Below, in pieces: positions 11,001 through 20,800 of a stretch of DNA of 64,000 nucleotides. The stretch comes from Callorhinchus milii. Lineage: Eukaryota. Every line of letters begins with the position of its first letter. The first letter of the stretch is position 1. The notes below the pieces were generated by a model, which saw only the letters and a program-made list of their open reading frames with translations, was not told the DNA's origin and ran no database searches. The translations under genes were made by a program, and so were the position numbers. The DNA lies in assembly GCF_018977255.1 (NCBI RefSeq), contig NW_024704743.1:248001-312000 (forward strand). The letters run 5' to 3'.

Positions 11001-14000
11001 AGTCCACCGGGAGGACGTGGAGAAGGGAGACGTCAAGAGGTGCACTTGGCTCTTTGAGTCTCGCCGGTCGGACGGGTTTGGGGACGCGGGCGCCGGGCAG
11101 CCCACCCGAGAGGACGTCCCGCCCGGCGACGTCAAGTCGACAACGTGGCTGTTTGAGACCACCCCTCTGGACGCCTTCCAGCAGGGTCCGGGCAGGCAGG
11201 AGGTCGGCCCTCCGGCCGGCCAGAGCGTGAGGAGTAGTTTAAGGTCGCTATGTGCCGCAGGAGCCGTGCGGTCGGGCGGGCTGGCGATCGAGTCCTGCCG
11301 AGTGGGCACGGTCAGCATGGTCAAATACCGAGTGGCGGGCACTGACGAGGGCACGAACAGGGGGTGCGTGGGTGAGGCGGACATCCTGAAAGAGGAGGTC
11401 ATCCACGGGAACCTCCAGAGGATTCTGGTGGAGCTGCTGGACAAGACCAATGTGGCTCCGCAGGGCATTCTCCTCCGAGAGGACAAAGATGGCCGGATCT
11501 CCTCAGCCAAGGTCCAATTCTTCAGCCGGCCGCAGCCGGGGGCCGAGCAGGAGGCAGCCCACTCTCCCGACCTCAGGGTCATCCACGATCTTCTCCGGCC
11601 GGGCTCCTCGGTCAAAAAGGGCATCTTGATCCAAGAGAGCGGCAAGGGCGAAGCTGAGATGACCGTCTACTCGCTGCTCGACCGCGCAGAGGCTCAGACC
11701 GAGACCAGGGGAAGGGCTGAGAATGGCAAGTCCATGGTGGGTTCTCTCCCAGCCAACAACCAGGAGCAACCAGCTCCAAGCCTGGCCGGGCAGCAAGAGA
11801 GCGGGAAGAGCAGGAACGTTCAACTCATTGCCAGTTGCGTCGATGCGGGCGATTTGGACTCCCTGAAGAAGGAAGAACCTGTCCAGGAGAAGGAGAAGGT
11901 GGAGGAGAAGGTTGCCCAGAGGCGCTTCGAGGAGATTCCTGGCACGGTGAATACCAAAGAAGTGAGAGGAACTAAGGTCTCCTCGGTTGCCTGCAGTCTC
12001 ACTCCAGAGATCCAGGGAGCGGGAGAAGCCCGTGTGAAATTGGGTCGTTCTGCCCATGTCCATCGGGCTCACAGGCCCTGCCTTGGACCAGCGGTGACGG
12101 TGTCTCGAGGGGAGGATTCGGGCCTGCAGGACGGGGCTTCTGGAGCCAGCGAGCAGCAGCTACAGGTGGCAATGGAAGGCATGAGGGAGGCCACAGCCCA
12201 GGCGCAGGCCCATGGTCGAAGCAGCCAGCACAGAGCCGGAGTAGGCCCAAGCCCAGCACTGAGCCCCAGCCGGAGCCAGCAGGTCAGTGAGATCGCGGGG
12301 GATCGAGGAGGTGGAGGAGGAGGAGGCCTCGGCCGGCCCACGGTCCCAGCCACCGCCCGCTGCCAGAGTCACGGGGCCTCCCACCAAGCAGCCTCGGCCC
12401 AGACTGTGTCCACCAGCCTTCATGGCTTGGGGAGGCTTGGGTTGGAGAGCTCAGCGCTGGGTGTTGAGACTGGGTCAGTCCCAGGTCTGGGACGGGGCCT
12501 AGGCCGAGGCTTGGGACTGGATTTGGGCCTAGACCAAAGCCTGGAGCTAGGCCCGGGCCTGGGGCCGGAGCACAGCCTCCCCCGCCTCGCTCTTTGCGTT
12601 CAGGACCGAGTTTGCCTCCCGCCACAGCCTGATGCTCCCTCTCCTCCTCTCCCCCCAGCTTCACTGAGGCAACAACAACAACAACAACTACAACTACAAC
12701 AGCAGCACCAACAATATCCAGCTTTGGCCTCCTCCAGTTCCAACTCTACCTCCAGGCCTGAGGCCGACACTCCGCCTGCCCCAACCCCAGCTCCAGGCCG
12801 CGGACCCAAGCCCAAGCTGCCTCCCAAACCAGCCCATTTGCAAGACCTTCCCCGCCGTGTGAGCAACAGCCAAAGAAAACCACATTCGCTCAACAGAGGC
12901 CCTCAGCCCGAGAGTAGGCCCCAAGGCCTTGTCCAGGCCTCGCCAGCGCCCATGGGCCTGAGAGCAGAGGAGGAGGAGTTTAGCAGCAAGGTCGAGGCGA
13001 AGACCAGAGTCCCCAGGACACCCCTGCAGATGGCCGAGGAGGAGCACAGGAGCAGGAGGAGAGAGGGAGAGAATGTGGCCCTCAACAAGGAGGGGAGAGA
13101 GACCTTGCTGAGGGAGCCCAAGGCTAGGGGCCGGGAGACGGAGAAGGAACGCCGCAAGAGGCTGTCCCTCCACAAGGAGGAGATTGAGAGAGGCCACGTG
13201 GAGGCGGCCATGGACATTTTCGAGAGCCTGAGGAGACGCGAGGAGCTGCAGAAGATCTTGACCAGCGTGGGGGAGTTTGAGGAGGGGGAGACGTCACGGG
13301 TGGATGTCAGGGCTCTGAGGAGCCTGTTTGAGGAGATCCCCGAGTGGGTGGTGGGGAGCAAGGAGGAGAAGACAGTGGCCAAGGGTCCGCAGGGGCCTCA
13401 TGGCTCCAAGACGGAGGCCAAGGGGGTCGAGGATACCCCCTCACCCTCCGTCAGGGTGGTCTTCCAGGACCTGGAGCGGGCGAGCTCCGAGGTCATCCGC
13501 CTGAAGGAACAGACCCTGGCCAAACTTGTTGAGATCGAGGACTCCATCCAGAAGGCCCTACGCTCCGTTTCCAGCCTTCGCTCGGAGGCTGACATCGCCG
13601 GCCTGTCCGGGCTTTTCCGGGAGTCGCTGGACTCTGAGACGCCAGCGCAGAGGCAGGGGCGAGTGAGGGTCACTCCAGCGTTAGAGGTCCCCTCCCCCAA
13701 CCCAAGGGTCCTCGTCCCCTCCCCCTCCTCCCCATCCTACATCTCCATCCAATCCGCCGCCCGTAAGCCAGACCACCCCCTTAAGAGGGCGGCGCTAGGG
13801 GCCCAGCCCCCGACCGCTCCCCCGGACACCGGCCGCTCACCGCTGGTCTCTCCCGCTTCCCCAAAGCCGCCTCCGCTCTGCAACGGAGCCCCACTCGACC
13901 CCGCGAGCGAGGGCGTCCCTTTAAGCGCGTTCAAAGGGGCGGGCGCCTCGTGCCCCCGGAGCAAAAGCGTGGTGGAGTTCAACACCGGCTCGGCCCAGGG

Positions 14001-14280
14001 CGAGATCATAGGCACCACCATAGTGACCGAGGAATACCAGCAGATCGACAGCTTTGGCCACAAGCTGGTGACCTCCAAAACCTCTACCACGGTCACCAAA
14101 CAAAGCGAGTCCCAGCCCCCCAACAGGTACCACCAGCTCACCCCCTCCCCATCCTCCCTCCTCCAGCCCAGGTGCCCGTCGGTGAGAGCCGAGGAACCGG
14201 GGCCCTGCCCACCAGCTGCTCCCGGCATCGGTGTGGTCTTTCTCTCCTTCGGTAACCCCACCGCCTCCGTCAAGAGGTGA
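8017..14280 (+). CDS. XIRP1: Xin actin-binding repeat-containing protein 1, giant Xin-repeat exon (2087-aa ORF)
   Basis: About 27 repeats of the type G(D/E)VxxxxWLFETxPLD. N-terminal proline-rich LPPPPP/LPLPPPP followed by QQRQINELKRLYRHMRPELRKN, MRWIFENW, LRSEIQEL and DVRSTLWLFETQPMD..VGQLRRV, which match XIRP1 rather than XIRP2 as recalled. A polypyrimidine tract and AG (8015-8016) lie directly before the ATG. Confidence 0.93.
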   Translation: MERNEDRNREREGVGSTEGLPPPPPDPSALPLPPPPQSLAQTRQQRQINELKRLYRHMRPELRKNMELVLSEEWGEVLDAERVASGATAETPDLSPPGEVQSMRWIFENWPLDIIGDHQTAKRLREEETVPLGDVRGTSQMFEAQNLTETGDQRTETPRVERGDVRTALWLFETQPMDSLNKVSTEEGELQEAVLREREAIPGGDVSGARLLFETQPLHRVGRSGSAEERSVLQLRSEIQELSGGVSRTVGLFETEPLCAIREPGGVMHRVRSVCREEIQHSDQAKSARWLFETQPLGDISGGEHSPMVRVVRGISLEEEAGRGTGGVGVGRARWLFETQPLDAIRERSSELAEECENIKVVEGGDVRKWRSLFESKPLDSRPPGEGEGEEVGGETREAVTGGDVRSTLWLFETQPMDSLRDSFEVGQLRRVVTEEEKGDVKQKAREFESRPLEVTRGQPGEEKEEAADVRKGDVKAYQRLFESLPLDGIKEPGGEMVAIRSQVIGGNVRESRALFENPPRYAIADGAGGYHQVRTVSREEEEAMGSGGDVRNYRWVFETQPLDRQGCEEAQLVKGITKEEAWVGDVGTARWLFETQPLRGLAPDAGGETEEQRKGGGEVKTCRWLFETPLADARLERAQREADTAPGTGGDVRRWTWLFETPEVPGESASGERSLKVTGRADSDTGTAKHLFDSEPVVVGGGGVRYTSKVDVRSGDVSREKEIFERSSLDAIGEEARSGDGEEQGPEPGAVRRFTWLFENRPMDAIGEMDARPASSWAVADVAAGDVGGKRFVFETRSLDRIGGDEPSPSPSPAPALNPEPGVPGGVRSRTMLFESRPLYAIRDREGLYHEVTTVKKDEVVRGDVRGARWLFETKPLDSIRPSDEVFVIRAVTQEDVHRGDVTAARWRFETQPLGSIGDQAPPPSARMVEEVQGGDVSSGREIFEQEPARSYVRTVSVSDIQSGDVRTSTWQFENLPIDSLKGSAEESEGQVSTVHREDVEKGDVKRCTWLFESRRSDGFGDAGAGQPTREDVPPGDVKSTTWLFETTPLDAFQQGPGRQEVGPPAGQSVRSSLRSLCAAGAVRSGGLAIESCRVGTVSMVKYRVAGTDEGTNRGCVGEADILKEEVIHGNLQRILVELLDKTNVAPQGILLREDKDGRISSAKVQFFSRPQPGAEQEAAHSPDLRVIHDLLRPGSSVKKGILIQESGKGEAEMTVYSLLDRAEAQTETRGRAENGKSMVGSLPANNQEQPAPSLAGQQESGKSRNVQLIASCVDAGDLDSLKKEEPVQEKEKVEEKVAQRRFEEIPGTVNTKEVRGTKVSSVACSLTPEIQGAGEARVKLGRSAHVHRAHRPCLGPAVTVSRGEDSGLQDGASGASEQQLQVAMEGMREATAQAQAHGRSSQHRAGVGPSPALSPSRSQQVSEIAGDRGGGGGGGLGRPTVPATARCQSHGASHQAASAQTVSTSLHGLGRLGLESSALGVETGSVPGLGRGLGRGLGLDLGLDQSLELGPGLGPEHSLPRLALCVQDRVCLPPQPDAPSPPLPPASLRQQQQQQLQLQQQHQQYPALASSSSNSTSRPEADTPPAPTPAPGRGPKPKLPPKPAHLQDLPRRVSNSQRKPHSLNRGPQPESRPQGLVQASPAPMGLRAEEEEFSSKVEAKTRVPRTPLQMAEEEHRSRRREGENVALNKEGRETLLREPKARGRETEKERRKRLSLHKEEIERGHVEAAMDIFESLRRREELQKILTSVGEFEEGETSRVDVRALRSLFEEIPEWVVGSKEEKTVAKGPQGPHGSKTEAKGVEDTPSPSVRVVFQDLERASSEVIRLKEQTLAKLVEIEDSIQKALRSVSSLRSEADIAGLSGLFRESLDSETPAQRQGRVRVTPALEVPSPNPRVLVPSPSSPSYISIQSAARKPDHPLKRAALGAQPPTAPPDTGRSPLVSPASPKPPPLCNGAPLDPASEGVPLSAFKGAGASCPRSKSVVEFNTGSAQGEIIGTTIVTEEYQQIDSFGHKLVTSKTSTTVTKQSESQPPNRYHQLTPSPSSLLQPRCPSVRAEEPGPCPPAAPGIGVVFLSFGNPTASVKR

Positions 14281-14339
14281 GGCAGGTTGGGTTGTCGCCT
14301 GAGAATCTCTTCACCGCCAGGACCACGCAAGCCAACCCT

Positions 14340-14545
14340 CAACCCCCAGCCCCAACTCCCCCCAACTCCAGCCCCAGGTCCTGACCCCAATCCTGGCCCC
14401 CAACACAACCCTAAACCCCAGCCCCAACTCCCCCCAACTCCAGCCCCAGGTCCTGACCCCAATCCTGGCCCCCAACACAACCCTAAACCCCAGCCCCAAC
14501 CCACAACTCCAGCCCCAAACAGCCCGACCCCAGCCCCAACCCCAA
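14340..14545. repeat. C-rich tandem duplication in the XIRP1 3'UTR/intron
   Basis: The block cccagccccaactccccccaactccagccccaggtcctgaccccaatcctggcccccaacacaaccctaaa occurs twice in tandem, plus partial copies. Confidence 0.85.
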
Positions 14546-15160
14546 CCCTCAGTCCCAGCCCTACCCTTAAGCCCTAACCTCAACCCCCCCCCACCCTGCC
14601 CTCATCCCCCATCCGGGTCCGTAATTATTTCACCCCCAATAACACGGACCCATCGCCACTGATCCCTACTATCTCTCCCAAAAAACCTCATCCCAGGAAT
14701 AACGAGGAGGAAGGAATCCCGGCGGAAATCCGTCTACTCTGGAATTAAGACGCCCCCCCCCACCACCCCACCCCACACCCATCTCCCGCCCCCACCCCCT
14801 ACACACATACACGCACCACACAGAGAATGACGTGTGCTTTAGTGACTAGATCACTAGAAATTCCGGTATTATTTAGCGTCCCCCCCCCCCCACCCCCCTC
14901 CCCCCCCACTCCATCCTATTCTATTTTCTCGCACTTTGTAGTTGCAGCTCCCCCCCTCCCCACAATAATACAGTAAGACGTAACGGTCTCTCCTTTTCGC
15001 TCTATAAACTGCTCGCTCTCTATTCTCAAATGTTTCTCTCCCCCCCACCCCCCCACCCCTTTCTCCCTTCTCCCCACCTCCCCCCCCCACCCCACGACCC
15101 CCTCTCTCTCTCTCTCTCTCCCCCTTTTTTAATATAATTACTTTTGATTACTTTCTGGTT

Positions 15161-15166
15161 AATAAA
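15161..15166 (+). terminator. Candidate polyadenylation signal for the Xin-exon-terminal XIRP1 transcript
   Basis: AATAAA about 880 nt after the 14280 stop, followed by T/GT-rich sequence. Confidence 0.45.
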
Positions 15167-16044
15167 TCCTTTTTATTATTTGGTGATTATTTCTTTTCTC
15201 CTGTCTTCTTTTCTGAATTCTCTGACCGGGGGGGGGGGGGGGGAGGTGGGTGGGTGGGTGGGGTGGGGGGGTGTTGTGTGTGCTGGGGGGTAGTGCGTGA
15301 GGTATGTGTGTGGGTGTGGGGAGTGGGTGGGTCGGGGGTGATTTTGCTCTGCAATAATCCAACGTGTTAGGAAACGTGTTGATTGTGATATATTTGGTAT
15401 CGATATTATTTTATTGCTGTATTATTATATTATTATGAACTTGTTATTTCTCGGCTTTCTATACCTCACCCATTGATAATAATCCTTGCGTTCGACACAG
15501 CCCGGTCTGAAAAACGCTTGACAGATTTTACTGTTAAGTGTAGTGACTGCGTTCGGTGGGTGAAGCCCATTTCCTCACAGCGAGTGACCACCGATTTTGT
15601 TGGCAAACGGGCTGCCGCCTTTCGGCCGGAAGGAGGCCATTCAGCCCATCGGAGGGATTGAGGGAGGGAGGGAGTCCCAGAGCTTGCTGAGGAGGGACAG
15701 TCACTCTCACTTCTGAGTCAATCACTCGGACTCTCTCACCTTGTGTCCGCCTGGCTCAGTTTGTGGCACACTTGCCTCTCACTCAGATGGCATGCCCAAT
15801 TGGCTGCACTTTGTTTCGACCACAAAATACACAGCCACTACACTTTACGGTACATCCCGTGAAGCACTTTGAGACGTCTCAACCGCGGGATAAGGCGCAA
15901 CACGGTGGATTCAAGGCTCGGACCAGGTTTTGAGCTCACAGGCCAGGGTTACACTCCAGGGCAATGGTGGCGGAGCACTGGCGATATTCACACAGGAAAA
16001 CTACATTGCGTCGTCAGAGGTGCCAATGAAATTCATGATACTTG

Positions 16045-16390
16045 GGAGTTCTGTAGTTTGGTGGTTAGAGCGAGAGGACCCCGGTTCGATTCCCAGACGG
16101 GGCATAACCTCAGGCAAGTTTCCTTACCCCCACACGCCCCTGATACCCCGGCAGTAAGTAGGAACCCGGTGGTTAGTCAATTGGCAGATCGGTTTTTCGG
16201 GGGTAATAATCCCTTCAAAATAAATAAAAAATAATAATAATTTGGTCACGACTGTTTGTGGGACATTGCTGTGCGCAATTGGCTGCCGCTTTTCGCCCAC
16301 ATGCTATACAGTCTACAGTATTTTCTGTGAAGCCCTTTGAGACGTTTCGAAGACGTGATGAGGCACGATATCAAATGCAAATATTATTAT
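16045..16390 (+). mobile_element. tRNA-derived SINE, near full length
   Basis: B box ggttcgattcc, shared body (gtaagtaggaacccgg...gctgtgcgcaattggctgcc) and (TAT)n tail. Confidence 0.85.
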
Positions 16391-16829
16391 TGTCCACCCA
16401 CAAAAACCGAGATCAACAATTTGCATTTACTGCCTGTGTGGTAGCGTCTCAAACGGGTTGAGGAGCTTTTATCCGTCCAAACCTATTGCTCTCTACGTAT
16501 TTTCGGGGAAGTGTTCCATTTCTATCTCTGAGATTTCTCGCACTGTGTAGGTGGGATTCATGGAATTGCCAGTTTGGTTTGAAGACACTTAAGCAACGGT
16601 TATGGGTTTCCGCCTGTGTCAGGCACTCGGCCGACCAAAAAAAAAAGAAGATATTTGTGGTGGGTGGTGGTGGGGGGCGGAATATGCGAGACCAAACACA
16701 ACCTCTAGCCCTTGTTCTATCTTCTCTCCAATACTTTCCAGCCTCGGTCACCCATTACAACAGGATTTAATAGAAACGTTGATGGGAGAGTGGAGGTGCA
16801 GTGGAGTGTGTAGGTCTCTGGCAATTGTG

Positions 16830-17190
16830 GAGTCCCATAGTGAGCACTCGCCTCACGAGCGAGCGGACCCGGGTTCGATTCCCTGGCGGGGGGCAAAACC
16901 TTATGCAAGTTTCCTTATTCCACACACCTCTGTTCACCTCGCAGTAAGTAGGAACCCGGTTGTTAGTCGATTAGCGGATCACTTTCCGGGGCTAAAAATC
17001 CCTCCAAAAAAATGTGGTCGCTCAATTTTCAGGAATGTTTGTGGGACACTGCTGTACGCAATTGGCTGCCGCATTTCTCCCACAAAATATACAGTCAATT
17101 CACTTTAAAATATATCCGTGAAGCGCTTAGACATGTCTGAAGAACAACGTGACAAGGCCCTGTATCAAATGCAAGGATTATTATTATTAA
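16830..17190 (+). mobile_element. tRNA-derived SINE
   Basis: Same family; ends ~70 bp upstream of the LIM exon acceptor. Confidence 0.85.
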
Positions 17191-17257
17191 TTAGGATTCC
17201 CCACCAGCCACCGGGCTCCACCACCATCTCATCAACTATCTCTCGTCTCGGTTTCAG

Positions 17258-17379
17258 AGCCCGGCGACCGACCTACTTAATTCTCATCAAAGCCCGGCCC
17301 AGTCAGTGAACCAACTGACAGCAGACAAGCCTCGGACTCTCTCCAGCTTCCAGTGTATCATCTGCCACAGCAACCTGAG
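17258..17379 (+). CDS. XIRP1: LIM-domain exon 1 (degenerate first zinc finger; ...LTADKPRTLSSFQCIICHSNLS)
   Basis: Acceptor ctcggtttcag and donor AG|gtcagt, phase 0 to 2. LxADK...FxCxxCxSxLS matches the XIRP2/LIMA1 LIM exon pattern. Confidence 0.78.
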
Positions 17380-17551
17380 GTCAGTGACTGACCTATCCCC
17401 AGCCCTAGCCTTTCCCTATCACCATCTCGGCCGTCACCCAAAGCCTATCACTGCCCTTGCCCCTTCTCGCCCTAACTCACTCCTCCCTTCACCTTGACTC
17501 ACCTCTCCCAGCCCCAGATCCCCAATTAATCCACATCAACAGAAATTTGTG

Positions 17552-17832
17552 GTGTCCTGTAGCTCAGAGGTGAGGACACTCGCCTCGCAAGCGAGATGAC
17601 CCTGGTTCGATTTCCAGCCGGGCCGGTTGTTAGTCGATTGGCGGATCATTTTTCCGTTGGGGGGTGGGGGGGGGGATAACCTCAAAAAAAATAATAAATC
17701 GGTTTGAGGGACACTGCTGTGCGCAATGGGCTGCCGTCTTTCGCGCACAAAATAGTGCACTTTACAGTATACTGTCCCGAAGACGTGATAAGGCGCTAGA
17801 TCAAATGCAAGCGTTATCATTATTATTATTAT
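17552..17832 (+). mobile_element. tRNA-derived SINE with an internal deletion, in the LIM intron
   Basis: Head gtcctgtagctcag..., body and (TAT)n tail. Confidence 0.85.
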
Positions 17833-17873
17833 TTGATGTTTATCATTTTAAAAACATCTTGTTTCTATTCCAG

Positions 17874-20800
17874 CTTAAATGGTTATGCTTCAATGAAGGG
17901 GGACTTTTACTGCATCCCTCACTTTCAGCAGCTGCTCAAGTCAGAGGGCTTTCACGGGGAAGAGTTTAAACCTGAGCAGAAGAGTAATGGACCCTTGGAG
18001 GGAGACGGCGCTGATCCCAAAGCCCAAGTTGAAGAATCGAGAGGGCAACTGAGCAGGACAACCAACGTTGGGGAAACAAGTCAACGGGATGTCATCCTCA
18101 GTCCTGCCCACACTAGCAAGCTTGACCTTGAGCCGAGCGGAAAATCAGGGTCACCCAGGAAGCTGAAAATTACTTGGCCTCCTCCTAAAGAAGCCCAGAG
18201 GATTGTAGACCAAATCGCAATGTTGATAATACTCAACGCCTACTACCAGCCCCGGTCAATGCCTCTGAACTGGACCAAAGCCAACCCTTTGAGGACAACC
18301 CCAAGGAGTTTGAGCGAAAGGAGCACTTTGTTACATCCGACCACATTCCTTTAGGATCGAGTGTTAAGCATGGAAACGAGGACATCAACGGAAAACCCGA
18401 ACACACCATGAGGGAGCTCAGGTCCTCGCCCCAAGCCAGGGGGGATAATAAGGACCACCCCAGTATCAAGGAACTGACCCGGGTTTTTGAACTGGGAGAC
18501 TCAAGCAGATCCATTGGGAAGAATGTAAAGCAGGAAATGGCGACGGAGACTGAAGGAGATCTCAAAGGGAGCAAAGAGAAGCCCAGCGTTTCATCCCAGT
18601 TGAAGACAGACGAACTGGCCCAGAGTCTTAAGGAGCTGAGTGAGATTTTTGAGTCGAATGCTTCGGGGGAGGTGAGTGGAAAGGAAGCGAACTGTGAAGA
18701 TCCGGTGAAGAACGAAGACAAGCTCCATCTTGTTTCAGGCCCTGAAGTCAGAGCTGAACAACAGGACCTGAGTGAGCGGAGGCAGAGTTTTGAGCTTAGT
18801 GATGAGGACAGACCCAATGAAGGGACAGTTGTAGTGGCCACCAAACCTGGAGAAAGCCCAGAGGGACTGAGAGACAAGAGCATTGAAGAGTCTTTAGATG
18901 ACGGAACAAGTTGTGAAGACAGGGGTAGTTTGGAGGAGTCACTGCTGACCACACCAGCACTATCACCGAGCACGTTACCGAGCTCAGATAGTCAAGCCAC
19001 CTCGGTGCTCAGCTCCCCGCACTCGAGTGAAGGTAAAGATGAATCAATGTCAAATTGTGATACCAATTCCCCCAGCGAGCAGACAGACACTAGTGCCTCC
19101 TCAGCCAGTCTCGCTGTTCAAGATCCCATGGAAAACGGGCAAGAATGTATTAAAAGCACAACAAAGGGAATGGGCGAGTTTGGCGAGACGTCCATTGAGA
19201 TCGGACAGGAGGACGAGGACCGATTGACCGCCAGCCAGGATACCTCAGATGTGGCTGAGGAAGCTCTGGTGAGGGACATTGGAGTGGCTATGTCTGCCTC
19301 ATCCAGCGAGGATTACAATTCTTGTTTAGACAGTGATATCTCAGAGGAAATGTCTACTGTTCTGGAGGACAGTGATGAGGCTGACAGGGATCAGCTCCAG
19401 TCGCTTGATGTTTCTCACCGAGAGGATGAGAAGGGAATCGCTGCGGAAACACTCCAGATTGAGAGGAAAGAGACAGAAACTGATGAGAATTCAGAGGTTT
19501 CCAGAGCAAACCAGGATGGTGTGATTGCTGATGAACCAGCTGAAAATAAGGAAGATATCAAGACGGAGAATCCATCACTCAATATTGGGGAGCAAGATAC
19601 AAAGGAACAAGTGGCTTTGGACCCTGAGGTGGACAAGACATTCAATTCTGAGGTGGACAAGATGATGGACATGACTTTGAATCCGAAGATGGCCATTAAG
19701 AATTCCTCTAATAAGACCACTCTTGCAAAGGAAACGGCGAAAGCAAAAGGCCCCAGTAAAAGTCCGTTGGCCAAACTGTTTGGCTTCAGTGACTCAGGTA
19801 ACGCCAAGAAGACAACAGCAGAACAACTCAAACCACACAAACCCAACTCACAATCAGCATCCAATCTGGAGAAAACTCAGGAACAAAAGGTTTCACATCC
19901 AGAGAAATCTCAGGAAAAAATCATCTTCGATCTGGAGAAAGCTCAGGAACAGAAGGTTTCAGATCCAGAGAAATCTCAGGAAAAAATCACCTCTGATCTA
20001 GAGAAGTCTCAGGAAAAAATCACCTTCAATCTGGAGAAAGCTCAGGAACAGAAGGTTTCAGATCCAGAGAAATCTCAGGAACAAATCACCTCTGATCTAG
20101 AGAAGTCTCAGGAAAAAATCACCTTTGATCTGGAGGAAGCTCAGGAACAAAAGGTTTCAGATCTAGAGAAATCTCAAGAAAAAATCACCTCTGATCTAGA
20201 GAAATCTCAGGAAGAAATCACCTTCGATCTGGAGAAAGCTCAGGAACAGAAGGTTTCAGATCCAGAGAAATCTCAGGAAAAAATCACCTCTGATCTAGAG
20301 AAGTCTCAGGAAAAAATCACCTTCGATCTGGAGAAAGCTCAGGAAAAAAAGGTTTCAGATCCAGAGAAATCTCAGGAACAAATCACCTCTGATCTAGAGA
20401 AATCTCAGGAAAAAATCACCTCTGATCTGGAGGAAGCTCAGGAACAAAAGGTTTCATATCCAGAGAAATCTCAAGAAAAAATCACCTGTGATCTAGAGAA
20501 ATCTCAGGAACAAATCACCTCTGATCTAGAGAAATCTCAGGAAAAAATCATCTCCAAAGTGGAGAAATTTCAGAAACAAGGAGCCTCCGATTCAAAGAAA
20601 ACCTCTAAGGAGCCAGAGGTAAAGGAGGATGGGAGCGAGGACCTCCTGGTCCTGAGCGGATCACAAACATCAAGCGAGCATTCGACAGAGGCTAGCCTCA
20701 ACACATCGCTGACCGAACTCCCCATTGAACCAACCAAAACCACTACGGAGCAGACACAGCCCAACTCTGTCATGGGCAAAATGGCTGGAACTAACGCGGT

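Noticed and set aside
12670..12715. Short polyQ (CAA)n tract in XIRP1
   Set aside because: Ordinary coding microsatellite in a disordered region; nothing suggests function.
8128..14504. Antisense and alternative-frame ORFs over the Xin exon (up to 456 aa)
   Set aside because: Expected shadows of a very GC-rich coding exon; no recognisable motifs.
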